A DNA stretch of 64,000 nt from IMG/VR virus record IMGVR_UViG_3300042914_002678; one strand, 5' to 3'. The translations under genes were made by a program, and so were the position numbers. Below, in pieces: positions 19,977 through 28,844 of the stretch (position 1 is the first letter of the stretch; every line of letters begins with the position of its first letter). The notes under the pieces were generated by a model. It was not told the origin of the DNA and searched no databases. It saw nothing but the letters and a program-made list of their open reading frames with translations. The DNA comes from a virus (taxonomy: Duplodnaviria > Caudoviricetes).

Positions 19977-20410
19977 CTACTACGGTAGAACCTACTGTTG
20001 AATGGTCTCAAGACCAAATGGTAGAGGTAATTCTTAATGAACCTGATGACTTTTTGAAAGTTCGTGAGACTTTAACTCGCATCGGAGTTGCATCACGTAA
20101 GGAGAAAAAACTTTATCAATCCTGCCATATTCTTCACAAGCAGGGTAAGTATTATATCGTTCACTTTAAAGAACTGTTTGCACTTGACGGTAAACATGCA
20201 AACTTAACAGTAAATGATGTCCAAAGACGTAATCGTATCGTTCGTCTTCTTGCTGATTGGGGATTAATTACTGTTGTAAAAGAAGATAAAGTATCTGATA
20301 TTGCTCCACTTAACCAAATTAAAGTTCTTGCCTATAAGGATAAGGGTGATTGGATTCTTGAGCAAAAGTATAACATTGGCAAGAAAGGAAAAGCAGTAGA
20401 GGTAGAATAA
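19973..20410 (+). CDS. regA: Translational repressor RegA
   Basis: DDFLKVRETLTRIGVAS, LYQSCHILHKQG, VHFKELFALDG. Confidence 0.96.
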   Translation: MTTTVEPTVEWSQDQMVEVILNEPDDFLKVRETLTRIGVASRKEKKLYQSCHILHKQGKYYIVHFKELFALDGKHANLTVNDVQRRNRIVRLLADWGLITVVKEDKVSDIAPLNQIKVLAYKDKGDWILEQKYNIGKKGKAVEVE

Positions 20411-20460
20411 ATAATTCTGTGCCATTCGTGCGGCACTCTACAAAAGTCGGAACACCCTAA

Positions 20461-20494
20461 AGAGAAGTTCGGTTTTTACCGTTCTTCTCTTTTC
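20461..20494 (+). terminator. Hairpin / terminator after regA
   Basis: AGAGAAG..CGG/CCG..CTTCTCT followed by TTTT. Confidence 0.55.
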
Positions 20495-20504
20495 TGTTCT
20501 TTGG

Positions 20505-20512
20505 TATAAATA
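20505..20512 (+). promoter_or_regulatory. T4-type late promoter TATAAATA
   Basis: Exact consensus upstream of the hsp20 leader. Confidence 0.75.
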
Positions 20513-20570
20513 ATAATGGATGCCGAAAGGGTCCACAAAACACAAACTCGCTTTTAAAGGAGCTACTATA

Positions 20571-21005
20571 ATGACTAATCTGATGAAGTATCAGGCTGCG
20601 GATCTTCCTGCCTTGCTGGAAAGAATCAACCGCAATACAATTGGACTAGATGAATATTTTGATCGCATCTTTAGTCTTCACGAAACAACTTCTAACTATC
20701 CCCCATACAATCTTGTTCAAGTTAGCAATGTAGAGTCACGACTGGAACTTGCACTTGCTGGATTTAAAAAGAAGGAGGTTTATGTCTATACGCAAGACGG
20801 AAAACTCTTTGTTGAAGGGCAGAAAGAAGATAAAGAAACGCAGTCAAACTATCTTCACAAAGGTCTGGCTCAACGGAGTTTTACACGTTCCTGGACACTC
20901 TCTGATGACACGGAAGTTCGATCAGTTGATTTTGAGGATGGGCTTCTGACAGTGACTCTTGGTAGAATTGTTCCAGAGCATCATAAGCGAAAGGACTATC
21001 TATAA
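20571..21005 (+). CDS. hsp20: Small heat-shock protein Hsp20
   Basis: NYPPYN, LALAGF, YLHKGLAQRSFTRSWTL, DGLL; SD AAGGAG before ATG 20571. Confidence 0.93.
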   Translation: MTNLMKYQAADLPALLERINRNTIGLDEYFDRIFSLHETTSNYPPYNLVQVSNVESRLELALAGFKKKEVYVYTQDGKLFVEGQKEDKETQSNYLHKGLAQRSFTRSWTLSDDTEVRSVDFEDGLLTVTLGRIVPEHHKRKDYL

Positions 21006-21008
21006 ATA
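21001..21008 (+). promoter_or_regulatory. T4-type late promoter TATAAATA
   Basis: Overlaps the hsp20 stop; followed by a stem-loop. Confidence 0.65.
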
Positions 21009-21052
21009 TAACTGAATATCGTCGGCGCTGGGAGGCAACTGGCAAAATCCAG

Positions 21053-21081
21053 TTGACGCCTCCCCTTTTTCTTGCTAAAAT
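21053..21081 (+). promoter_or_regulatory. sigma70-type promoter TTGACG-17-TAAAAT for the g43 operon
   Basis: -35 box lies inside the hairpin GGGAGGC...GCCTCCC (21030-21064). Confidence 0.65.
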
Positions 21082-21102
21082 ATTACTAGGTAAAAGTGTT
21101 TT

Positions 21103-21483
21103 ATGACTATTAAATTGCTGCTTCTCAAATCTGGAGAAGATATCATCGCAAACGTAAATGAAATGGTTGTTGGTGATGAAGAAAACAAAAGAATCGTTGG
21201 ATATTTTCTAGATAGACCTTGTATTGTCAAGATGAGAAGTCCTACGATGATTACTGAAGAAGTTGGAGAGGGTGTACAGAGAACAGGATTTGAAGTGTCC
21301 TTGTTTCCTTGGATGCCACTGTCCAAAGATGAGAGAATCCCAATCCCCGCAGATTGGATGATTACTATGGTTGAACCAGTTGATAAACTAAAAGAAATGT
21401 ACGTTGAGGACATTACACAAAATGGAAAAGACAATAAAGATACTTCTTCTACTGAACAATCAGATTCTGATATCACAGATTGA
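21103..21483 (+). CDS. Conserved hypothetical protein, possible Sm-like fold
   Basis: MTIKLLLLKSGEDIIANV N-terminus. Confidence 0.7.
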   Translation: MTIKLLLLKSGEDIIANVNEMVVGDEENKRIVGYFLDRPCIVKMRSPTMITEEVGEGVQRTGFEVSLFPWMPLSKDERIPIPADWMITMVEPVDKLKEMYVEDITQNGKDNKDTSSTEQSDSDITD

Positions 21484-21682
21484 GGAAGTATCTGCTGATA
21501 TTGGGGAACCTGACTGTAAACTTGTTAAACCCTTTGTCGTAAAAGAAAATAAAACCTTAGAACCATTCTTGTTTGAAGTGACCAAGCAAGACACATTTAT
21601 GATGAGTTCGGACAAGATACTTACTCTTGCAAATCCAACTCCGACACTTCTTGAAAAATATGAGGACTTGATTAAGGAATGA
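21422..21682 (+). CDS. Conserved hypothetical protein
   Basis: MEKTIKILLL...EPDCKLVKPF; directly before g43. Confidence 0.7.
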   Translation: MEKTIKILLLLNNQILISQIEEVSADIGEPDCKLVKPFVVKENKTLEPFLFEVTKQDTFMMSSDKILTLANPTPTLLEKYEDLIKE

Positions 21683-24174
21683 GATTTTACACTAATGTTC
21701 AATTGATTGGAAATCAATTTTTGGTTCGTGGCGTTGAAGATGATAAAAGATTTGAGACAAGAGATGAGTTTTTCCCAACTCTATTTGTAAAGACAAAAAA
21801 AGATTCTAAGTATAGAACATTAGGTGGAGAAGCAGTAGAACCAATCAATCCAGGAACAGTTCGTGACTGTCGTGAGTTCTACAAAAAGTATGATGAGATT
21901 GATGGGTTTGAAATCTACGGTAATGATCGTTACATCTACCAATATATCTCAGAGAAATACCCTGAAGATGAAATCAAGTTTGACATTAGTAAAATCAAAC
22001 TTGTAACTCTTGATATTGAGGTTGCTTCTGAAGAAGGATTCCCTGATGTAGAATCTTGCTCAGAAGAAATCCTTGCAATCACAATTCAGGACTACACCAC
22101 TAAAAAGATTATTACTTGGGGAGTAAAACCATTCAACAATAAACAAAAGAATGTTACTTACCATCACTGCCCAAGTGAGTATGAACTTCTGAATCACTTT
22201 ATCAACTATTGGATGGTTGATGTTCCTGATGTGATTACTGGTTGGAACATTCAGTTGTATGATATTCCATATATCTGTAAGCGTTTGAATCGTGTTCTTG
22301 GTGAAAAACTAATGAAGCGTTTTTCGAACTGGGGACTGGTTACTGAAGGCGAAGTTTTTATCAATGGACGTAAGCACACGACATTTGATGTTGGTGGTTT
22401 GACTCAATTAGACTATCTTGACCTCTATAAGAAGTTCACTTATAAGGCACAAGAATCATACCGTCTTGACTATATTGCTGAAGTAGAACTGGGGCAAAAG
22501 AAACTAGACCACTCTGAGTTTGATACCTTTAAGGACTTCTATACTCAAGGTTGGCAAAAGTTTATTGAATACAACATCGTTGACGTGGAACTTGTTGACC
22601 GTTTGGAAGACAAGATGAAACTGATTGAACTTGCACTTACGATGGCATACGACGCAAAGGTAAACTATGCGGATGTGTTCTATCAGGTAAGGATGTGGGA
22701 CAATATTATCTACAACTATCTTAAGAAGCGGGATATTGTCATTCCTCCAAGGAACAAATCTCAGAAGAATGAAAAGTATGCTGGTGCATATGTAAAAGAA
22801 CCAAAACCTGGTAGGTATGATTGGGTTGTGAACTTTGACCTTAACTCACTGTATCCACACTTGATTATGCAATACAACATCTCCCCAGAAACTCTGGTTG
22901 ATGAAAGGCACCCAACAGTAAGTGTTGACAAAATCCTCAATCAATCAATTAACTTTGAGATGTATAAGGACTATGCAGTATGTGCTAATGGTGCAATGTT
23001 CCGAAAGGACATTCGTGGATTCCTTCCAGAACTGATGGAAAAAATGTATCAGGATAGGGTCATCTTCAAGAAGAAGATGATTGCTGCAAAGAAAGAGTAT
23101 GAGAAAACCAAAAACAAAGAATTGGTAAAAGAGATTGCCCGCTGTAATAACATTCAGATGGCAAAGAAGATTTCTCTAAACTCTGCTTATGGTGCCATCG
23201 GAAATCAATACTTCCGTTATTATAAACTTGCAAATGCAGAAGCAATCACTCTGTCTGGTCAAGTTTCAATTCGGTGGATTGAAAACAAGATGAACACTTA
23301 TATAAACAAACTACTCAAGACTGAAGATGTTGATTACGTTATTGCTTCGGATACTGATTCTATCTATCTTAATATGGGTCCTTTGGTTGAGACTGTATAC
23401 AAAGGAAGAGAGAAAACTACTGAAGGCATTGTTTCGTTCCTTGATAAGGTCGCTTCAATGGAACTTGAAAAGTATATTGAGGGTTCTTACCAAGAACTGG
23501 CGACCTATGTGAATGCTTATGACCAGAAGATGCAAATGAAGCGAGAGAACATCGCTGACCGTGGCATCTGGACTGCGAAGAAGCGATACATCCTTAATGT
23601 ATGGGACAGTGAAGGTGTCCGATATGAGGAACCTAAACTCAAGATGATGGGTATTGAGGCAGTTAAATCTTCTACCCCAGCACCTTGCCGTAAAATGATT
23701 AAGGATGCTCTTAAGTTGATGATGAGTGGAACTGAAGATGAAGTTATTGACTTTATTGAAAATTCCCGTAAGGAGTTCAAGTCTTTACCTCCAGAGCAAA
23801 TTTCATTCCCTCGTTCTGCATCTGATGTTGTTAAATATCAGTCATCTTCCGACATTTATATAAAAGGAACTCCGATTCATGTTCGCGGAGCACTTCTGTT
23901 CAATCACTACGTTAAAGAGAATAAGTTGACTAATAAGTATTCTCTAATTCAAAACGGCGAGAAGATTAAGTTTGTATACTTGAAAAAACCAAACACAATA
24001 CACGAGAATGTGATCTCCTTTATTCAAGAATTTCCAAAGGAACTTAACCTTGACAGATACATAGACTATGAACTACAATTTGAGAAAGCATTTCTAGAAC
24101 CACTCAAGATTATCCTTGATTCGATTGGGTGGTCTGTAGAAAAAACTGTAAACCTTGATTCCTTTTTTGCTTGA
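21679..24174 (+). CDS. g43: Family B DNA polymerase gp43
   Basis: Exo motifs LDIEV, GWNI..YD; polymerase motifs FDLNSLYP, K...NSAYG, SDTDS; no intein visible. Confidence 0.98.
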   Translation: MRFYTNVQLIGNQFLVRGVEDDKRFETRDEFFPTLFVKTKKDSKYRTLGGEAVEPINPGTVRDCREFYKKYDEIDGFEIYGNDRYIYQYISEKYPEDEIKFDISKIKLVTLDIEVASEEGFPDVESCSEEILAITIQDYTTKKIITWGVKPFNNKQKNVTYHHCPSEYELLNHFINYWMVDVPDVITGWNIQLYDIPYICKRLNRVLGEKLMKRFSNWGLVTEGEVFINGRKHTTFDVGGLTQLDYLDLYKKFTYKAQESYRLDYIAEVELGQKKLDHSEFDTFKDFYTQGWQKFIEYNIVDVELVDRLEDKMKLIELALTMAYDAKVNYADVFYQVRMWDNIIYNYLKKRDIVIPPRNKSQKNEKYAGAYVKEPKPGRYDWVVNFDLNSLYPHLIMQYNISPETLVDERHPTVSVDKILNQSINFEMYKDYAVCANGAMFRKDIRGFLPELMEKMYQDRVIFKKKMIAAKKEYEKTKNKELVKEIARCNNIQMAKKISLNSAYGAIGNQYFRYYKLANAEAITLSGQVSIRWIENKMNTYINKLLKTEDVDYVIASDTDSIYLNMGPLVETVYKGREKTTEGIVSFLDKVASMELEKYIEGSYQELATYVNAYDQKMQMKRENIADRGIWTAKKRYILNVWDSEGVRYEEPKLKMMGIEAVKSSTPAPCRKMIKDALKLMMSGTEDEVIDFIENSRKEFKSLPPEQISFPRSASDVVKYQSSSDIYIKGTPIHVRGALLFNHYVKENKLTNKYSLIQNGEKIKFVYLKKPNTIHENVISFIQEFPKELNLDRYIDYELQFEKAFLEPLKIILDSIGWSVEKTVNLDSFFA

Positions 24175-24338
24175 TGGACTTGCCTATTAACGACGATGAA
24201 CTGAATACTATTATTAGTGCTATGCATCTTGGTGGAGATGTTGCACTTTATCAAAAACTAAAACTGGTGAAAGAACTGCGAGAGCAAGGTTTGCCTTATA
24301 AAAAAATACTTCGTGAACAGTATGGGATGGTGGCATGA
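24174..24338 (+). CDS. Small hypothetical protein (54 aa)
   Basis: Read manually: MDLPINDDELNTIISAMHLGGD...; TGATG coupling to g43. Confidence 0.6.
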   Translation: MDLPINDDELNTIISAMHLGGDVALYQKLKLVKELREQGLPYKKILREQYGMVA

Positions 24339-24466
24339 TGATTAAAGTAAAGTATTATCTTAAAGAGTTTCCAAATACAACACTCTTTAAGTTTTTTAGA
24401 ACTGAAGAGGCAGTAGAGATGTTTAAATCTCAAAATCCAGATTATGTTTTTATTGGGGATAAGTGA
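24335..24466 (+). CDS. Small hypothetical protein (43 aa)
   Basis: Read manually: MMIKVKYYLKEFPNTTLFKFF...; overlaps both neighbours. Confidence 0.5.
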   Translation: MMIKVKYYLKEFPNTTLFKFFRTEEAVEMFKSQNPDYVFIGDK

Positions 24467-25467
24467 TGGATTTTCTTAAAGATATTGTAAAAGAGATTGG
24501 TGATGACTTTACTAAGTTAGCATCAGACATTGACGAAACAGAAACTTATGTTGACACGGGTTCATACATTTTTAATGCACTGGTTTCAGGTAGCATATTT
24601 GGTGGTGTATCTGGCAATAAGATTACTGCTATTGCTGGAGAGTCTAGTACTGGAAAAACTTTCTTCAGTCTCGCCGTTGTTAAGAATTTTCTTGATTCCA
24701 ATCCCGATGGGTATTGTCTCTATTTTGATACTGAAGCTGCTATTACTAAATCCCTTGTAGAATCGCGTGGAATTGATACTTCTCGTCTTGTGGTTGTTAA
24801 TGTTGTTACTATTGAAGAATTTCGTGGAAAGGCACTCAAAGCAGTAGATATGTATCTTAAGAAACCCTTAGAAGAACGCAAACCGTGCATGTTTGTGCTA
24901 GACTCTTTGGGTATGCTTTCCACAGAGAAAGAAATTACTGATGCACTAAACGATAAGCAAGTTCGTGATATGACTAAATCACAACTGGTAAAAGGTGCAT
25001 TCCGAATGCTCACACTCAAACTAGGTCAAGCAAATGTCCCGCTCATTGTCACAAATCATACATACGATGTCATCGGAGCTTACGTACCAACTAAAGAAAT
25101 GGGAGGAGGTTCTGGACTCAAATACGCAGCAAGTACGATCATTTATCTCAGCAAAAAGAAAGAAAAGGATGGAACGGAAGTGGTCGGAAATATTATCAAA
25201 GCTAAGACTGCTAAATCGCGTTTGAGTAAGGAGAACAAAGATGTTGAAGTCCGTTTGTATTATGATGAGCGCGGTCTTGATCGTTACTATGGTCTTCTGG
25301 AACTTGGTGAACTTGGTGGACTCTGGAAGAATGTAGCAGGACGTTATGAGATTGATGGTAAAAAGATTTATGCTAAGCAAATTCTAAAAGAACCTGAAGT
25401 ATATTTCACTGAAGAAGTGATGCAACAATTGGATGAAATTGCAAGGAAAGAATTTAGTTATGGATAA
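24466..25467 (+). CDS. uvsX: RecA-like recombinase UvsX
   Basis: AGESSTGKT, YFDTE, LDSLG, MGGGSG. Confidence 0.96.
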   Translation: MDFLKDIVKEIGDDFTKLASDIDETETYVDTGSYIFNALVSGSIFGGVSGNKITAIAGESSTGKTFFSLAVVKNFLDSNPDGYCLYFDTEAAITKSLVESRGIDTSRLVVVNVVTIEEFRGKALKAVDMYLKKPLEERKPCMFVLDSLGMLSTEKEITDALNDKQVRDMTKSQLVKGAFRMLTLKLGQANVPLIVTNHTYDVIGAYVPTKEMGGGSGLKYAASTIIYLSKKKEKDGTEVVGNIIKAKTAKSRLSKENKDVEVRLYYDERGLDRYYGLLELGELGGLWKNVAGRYEIDGKKIYAKQILKEPEVYFTEEVMQQLDEIARKEFSYG

Positions 25468-26017
25468 ACTTTCTGATTTAATCAGGGTTTATGATAATGC
25501 ACTGGATAATAAAATCTGCACACTGCTTATTCAAAAATTTGAGGAATTGAAAGGAGACCAGGAAAGAGTTGAACAACAAAGAAAACCAGATTTTACACAA
25601 CTCAATCTTACTCAGATTTCTAATAAAACTCCAGAACTAAATTATCTACATCAATTTTTAATAAAGTCTGCTCTTGAATATAAAAAGAAATATTATTCCC
25701 ACATTGGTGATTGGAAGTTTCCAACAAAAAATGGATTTGAAGAATTCAGAGTAAAAAGGTATCTTAATAACGGTAACGATGTATTTGAACGTCATATTGA
25801 TGTCAATGATTATGCATCTGCCAGAAGATATCTTTCTTTTTTGTGGTACTTGAATGATGTTAAAGATGGTGGAGAAACAGTTTTTGATAATTTGACTATC
25901 AAACCAGAAACTGGTAAATTAATTATCTTCCCTCCTATGTGGATGTTTCCTCATAGTGGAGAGTGTCCTGTTAGTAATACAAAGTATATCGTTAGCACCT
26001 ATTTACATTATATCTGA
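25460..26017 (+). CDS. 2OG-Fe(II) oxygenase (prolyl-4-hydroxylase-like)
   Basis: HID, YLNDVKDGGET, FPP.WMFPHSG, KY motifs. Confidence 0.85.
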   Translation: MDKLSDLIRVYDNALDNKICTLLIQKFEELKGDQERVEQQRKPDFTQLNLTQISNKTPELNYLHQFLIKSALEYKKKYYSHIGDWKFPTKNGFEEFRVKRYLNNGNDVFERHIDVNDYASARRYLSFLWYLNDVKDGGETVFDNLTIKPETGKLIIFPPMWMFPHSGECPVSNTKYIVSTYLHYI

Positions 26018-27393
26018 TGGATAAAGTTGAAATTCTAATTCTTCGCAATCTCCTTCATAATGAGGAATACATCCGAAAGGTAGTTCCTTTTATTAAGTCT
26101 GATTATTTTGAAGAAACAAACCAAAAAATTATTTTTGAAGAAATACTCAAATTTATTCAAGAATATAACCAACCAGCGACTAAAGAAGTTCTTTGTATTG
26201 AAGTAGAAAATAGGCAAGACATAAACGATTCCTCCTTTAAAGAGATTACGCAACTTATCAGTTATCTTGATGATGAACCATCTGAATTTAATTGGTTGGT
26301 TGATACCACTGAGAAGTGGTGTCGAGATCGTGCAATCTATCTTGCTCTTATGGAATCAATCCATATTGCAGATGGTAAAGATGATAAGAAAAATCGTGAC
26401 AGCATACCTAGTATTCTATCTGATGCTCTTGCAGTATCTTTTGACACAAACATTGGTCACGATTACCTGCTAGACTATGAAAAACGTTATGAATCTTATC
26501 ATAAGAAAGAAGACAAGATTGAATTTGACCTCGAATACTTTAACAAAATCACAAAGGGTGGTTTACCTAATAAGACTCTCAATATCGCTCTTGCTGGTAC
26601 GGGTGTCGGAAAAAGTCTCTTTATGTGCCATGTTGCTGCTTCCGTCTTATTGCAAGGCAGGAACGTTCTCTACATCACTCTTGAAATGGCGGAGGAACGA
26701 ATTGCTGAGCGAATTGATGCAAACCTCCTCAATGTCCCGATTCAGGATATTGCAGAACTACCAAAGCAGATGTTTGAAAATAAAGTAACGAATCTTTCAA
26801 AGAAAACTCAGGGAACTCTAATTATCAAAGAGTATCCAACTGCTTCTGCTCATGCTGGACACTTCAAGTCACTTCTTAATGAACTTGCACTTAAGAAGTC
26901 ATTTAGACCTGATATTATTTTCATTGACTACCTTAATATTTGTGCTTCCTCTAGGTATCGCGGAAATAGTAACATCAATTCCTATACGTTTGTAAAAGCA
27001 ATTGCTGAGGAACTTAGGGGACTTGCCGTTGAGTTTAATGTTCCAATTGTCTCCGCTACCCAGACCACTCGTTCAGGTTATGGTTCTTCTGATGTTGAAC
27101 TTACTGATACTTCTGAATCCTTTGGTCTCCCTGCTACTGCTGATCTTATGTTTGCCCTTATTAGCACTGAAGAATTGGAGGGATTGGGACAGATACTTGT
27201 AAAACAACTTAAGAATCGTTATAACGACCCTACCATTCATAAGCGGTTTGTGGTTGGTATTGATAGAGCAAAGATGCGTCTTTATGATTGTGAACAGTCT
27301 GCTCAACAGGATATCCTTGACAATGGAAAGGATGAAGAGTATGATTATGAAGAAAGAAAACCTAAAAAATCATTTGAGGGATTCAAGTTTTGA
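26017..27393 (+). CDS. g41: Replicative helicase gp41
   Basis: AGTGVGKS, LEMAEE, IDYL, SATQTTR, KNRY. Confidence 0.97.
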   Translation: MDKVEILILRNLLHNEEYIRKVVPFIKSDYFEETNQKIIFEEILKFIQEYNQPATKEVLCIEVENRQDINDSSFKEITQLISYLDDEPSEFNWLVDTTEKWCRDRAIYLALMESIHIADGKDDKKNRDSIPSILSDALAVSFDTNIGHDYLLDYEKRYESYHKKEDKIEFDLEYFNKITKGGLPNKTLNIALAGTGVGKSLFMCHVAASVLLQGRNVLYITLEMAEERIAERIDANLLNVPIQDIAELPKQMFENKVTNLSKKTQGTLIIKEYPTASAHAGHFKSLLNELALKKSFRPDIIFIDYLNICASSRYRGNSNINSYTFVKAIAEELRGLAVEFNVPIVSATQTTRSGYGSSDVELTDTSESFGLPATADLMFALISTEELEGLGQILVKQLKNRYNDPTIHKRFVVGIDRAKMRLYDCEQSAQQDILDNGKDEEYDYEERKPKKSFEGFKF

Positions 27394-27677
27394 TTTACTA
27401 CACGGTATTTGATGCAAATGGTAACAAGATTGCCGATTGTGGTGATGAAGGAGATGCTAAGTGGTTGGCAGAATGTCGCAGAGGCACTTATAAAACCAAC
27501 AGACTTGACTGGAGCGTAACTATTGATGTAGAATTGCCAAGATTTGAACTTCCTGTCCACCAAGTTGTTCCTAAAGAATATTGGAATTCTATGTATCCAG
27601 ACATTCCAGATGACATTGATGAACCGATTGTTAAACAACTTTCTGAATCTGACCTAGAAAAATTTACTGTTAATTGA
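27390..27677 (+). CDS. Hypothetical protein
   Basis: 95 aa ORF coupled to g41. Confidence 0.65.
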   Translation: MIYYTVFDANGNKIADCGDEGDAKWLAECRRGTYKTNRLDWSVTIDVELPRFELPVHQVVPKEYWNSMYPDIPDDIDEPIVKQLSESDLEKFTVN

Positions 27678-27678
27678 T

Positions 27679-28092
27679 ATGACTAAAGTTATTGACTCTG
27701 ATAAGTATATTGAATTTGTGCGCCAAACGACAAGTCCTGCCAGTAGTGACTTTGCACAACTTCTCACTCGAATGACTGAACTTGAAGCAAATGATGATGC
27801 AGATGTTCCCCGTCTCTTGACTGCTGCTTTTGGTATTAGTGCGGAAGCAGGTGAGTTTACTGAAGTTGTTAAAAAGATTTTCCTTCAAGGAAAACCTTAT
27901 AATGAAGATAATGTTTTTCACATGAAGCGTGAACTTGGAGATATCTGCTGGTATATTGCTCAAGCGTGTATGGCACTTGATACTAACTTTCGTGAGATTA
28001 TGGAAATGAATTATGAGAAGTTAAGTGCTCGTTATCCTGACGGTACATTTGATGTTTACCGTTCTGAAAATCGTGTGGAGGGAGATCTGTGA
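27679..28092 (+). CDS. mazG: MazG-like NTP pyrophosphohydrolase
   Basis: EAGEFTEVVKK, KRELGDICWY, N.EKL..RYP. Confidence 0.92.
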   Translation: MTKVIDSDKYIEFVRQTTSPASSDFAQLLTRMTELEANDDADVPRLLTAAFGISAEAGEFTEVVKKIFLQGKPYNEDNVFHMKRELGDICWYIAQACMALDTNFREIMEMNYEKLSARYPDGTFDVYRSENRVEGDL

Positions 28093-28274
28093 CTAAAGAA
28101 AAACAAGTTACACTTAAACTAGATGCACGTTGTGCTGCAGCAGTTCGTCAAGTTCTATTTGATGCACAGAAAGGATACACTTATGATGAAGTGAGTGTTC
28201 CTCCTCGTGTCTCTGATATTCGTGGAGTAATTCAACAACTTGATGATAATATTGGCGCTGTCCTTGGTGTTTGA
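28089..28274 (+). CDS. Hypothetical protein
   Basis: 61 aa ORF coupled to mazG. Confidence 0.65.
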   Translation: MTKEKQVTLKLDARCAAAVRQVLFDAQKGYTYDEVSVPPRVSDIRGVIQQLDDNIGAVLGV

Positions 28275-28293
28275 CCCTTCGGGGTCTTTTTTT
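28273..28293 (+). terminator. Intrinsic terminator (UUCG loop)
   Basis: GACCC-TTCG-GGGTC followed by T7. Confidence 0.85.
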
Positions 28294-28300
28294 ATAAATA
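28293..28300 (+). promoter_or_regulatory. T4-type late promoter TATAAATA
   Basis: Exact consensus immediately after the terminator. Confidence 0.8.
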
Positions 28301-28322
28301 TCTAAAAAAGTATTTGTAAAAA

Positions 28323-28679
28323 ATGGACTCTAAAGAACTACGCGGTTTGATGGAAGCATATGCCGCAGTTTATGCCCCAAAAGAAAAAATTGAAGAAGCA
28401 ATGCATGAAGATGAAGATGAAGAAGATGAGAAGGAAATGAAAAAAGGTAAGAAGTCCAAAAAGTCTGAAGAAGACGAAGAGGGCGATGAAGAGGAAGATG
28501 AAGATCTAAAAGAAGCATCTTACTCCGCAAAGGCAGCAAGAGCAGGTAAGGATATTGGCAAACCTGGTAAAGCATTTGCAAAGATTGCAAAGTCTGCTGC
28601 AAAGCGTTATGGTTCTGAAGAGCGTGGTAAAAAGGTAGCAGGAGCAATCCTTGCAAAACTACGTGCTAAGAAGGGTTAA
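28323..28679 (+). CDS. Acidic/basic low-complexity late protein, candidate internal head protein
   Basis: Acidic tract, then LKE/A site, then basic C-terminal module. Confidence 0.7.
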   Translation: MDSKELRGLMEAYAAVYAPKEKIEEAMHEDEDEEDEKEMKKGKKSKKSEEDEEGDEEEDEDLKEASYSAKAARAGKDIGKPGKAFAKIAKSAAKRYGSEERGKKVAGAILAKLRAKKG

Positions 28680-28710
28680 TAAATAACCACGGAAGGTTGC
28701 TCCAACCCAC

Positions 28711-28739
28711 TTGACTTTTAGTTAAGTGGGTTTTATAAT
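28711..28739 (+). promoter_or_regulatory. sigma70-type promoter TTGACT-17-TATAAT for tRNA-Ala
   Basis: Embedded in inverted repeat ACCCACTTGACT/AGTTAAGTGGGT. Confidence 0.75.
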
Positions 28740-28748
28740 ATCTGCATC

Positions 28749-28821
28749 GGGGAATTAGCTTAGTTGGTAGAGCGCCTGCTTTGCACGCAGGAGGTCAGGA
28801 GTTCGAGTCTCCTATTCTCCA
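28749..28821 (+). tRNA. trnA: tRNA-Ala(UGC)
   Basis: Cloverleaf; anticodon arm CCTGC-TT-TGC-AC-GCAGG; GTTCGA T-loop; CCA not encoded. Confidence 0.95.
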
Positions 28822-28844
28822 TTTCTAAATAAAAATAAAACACG

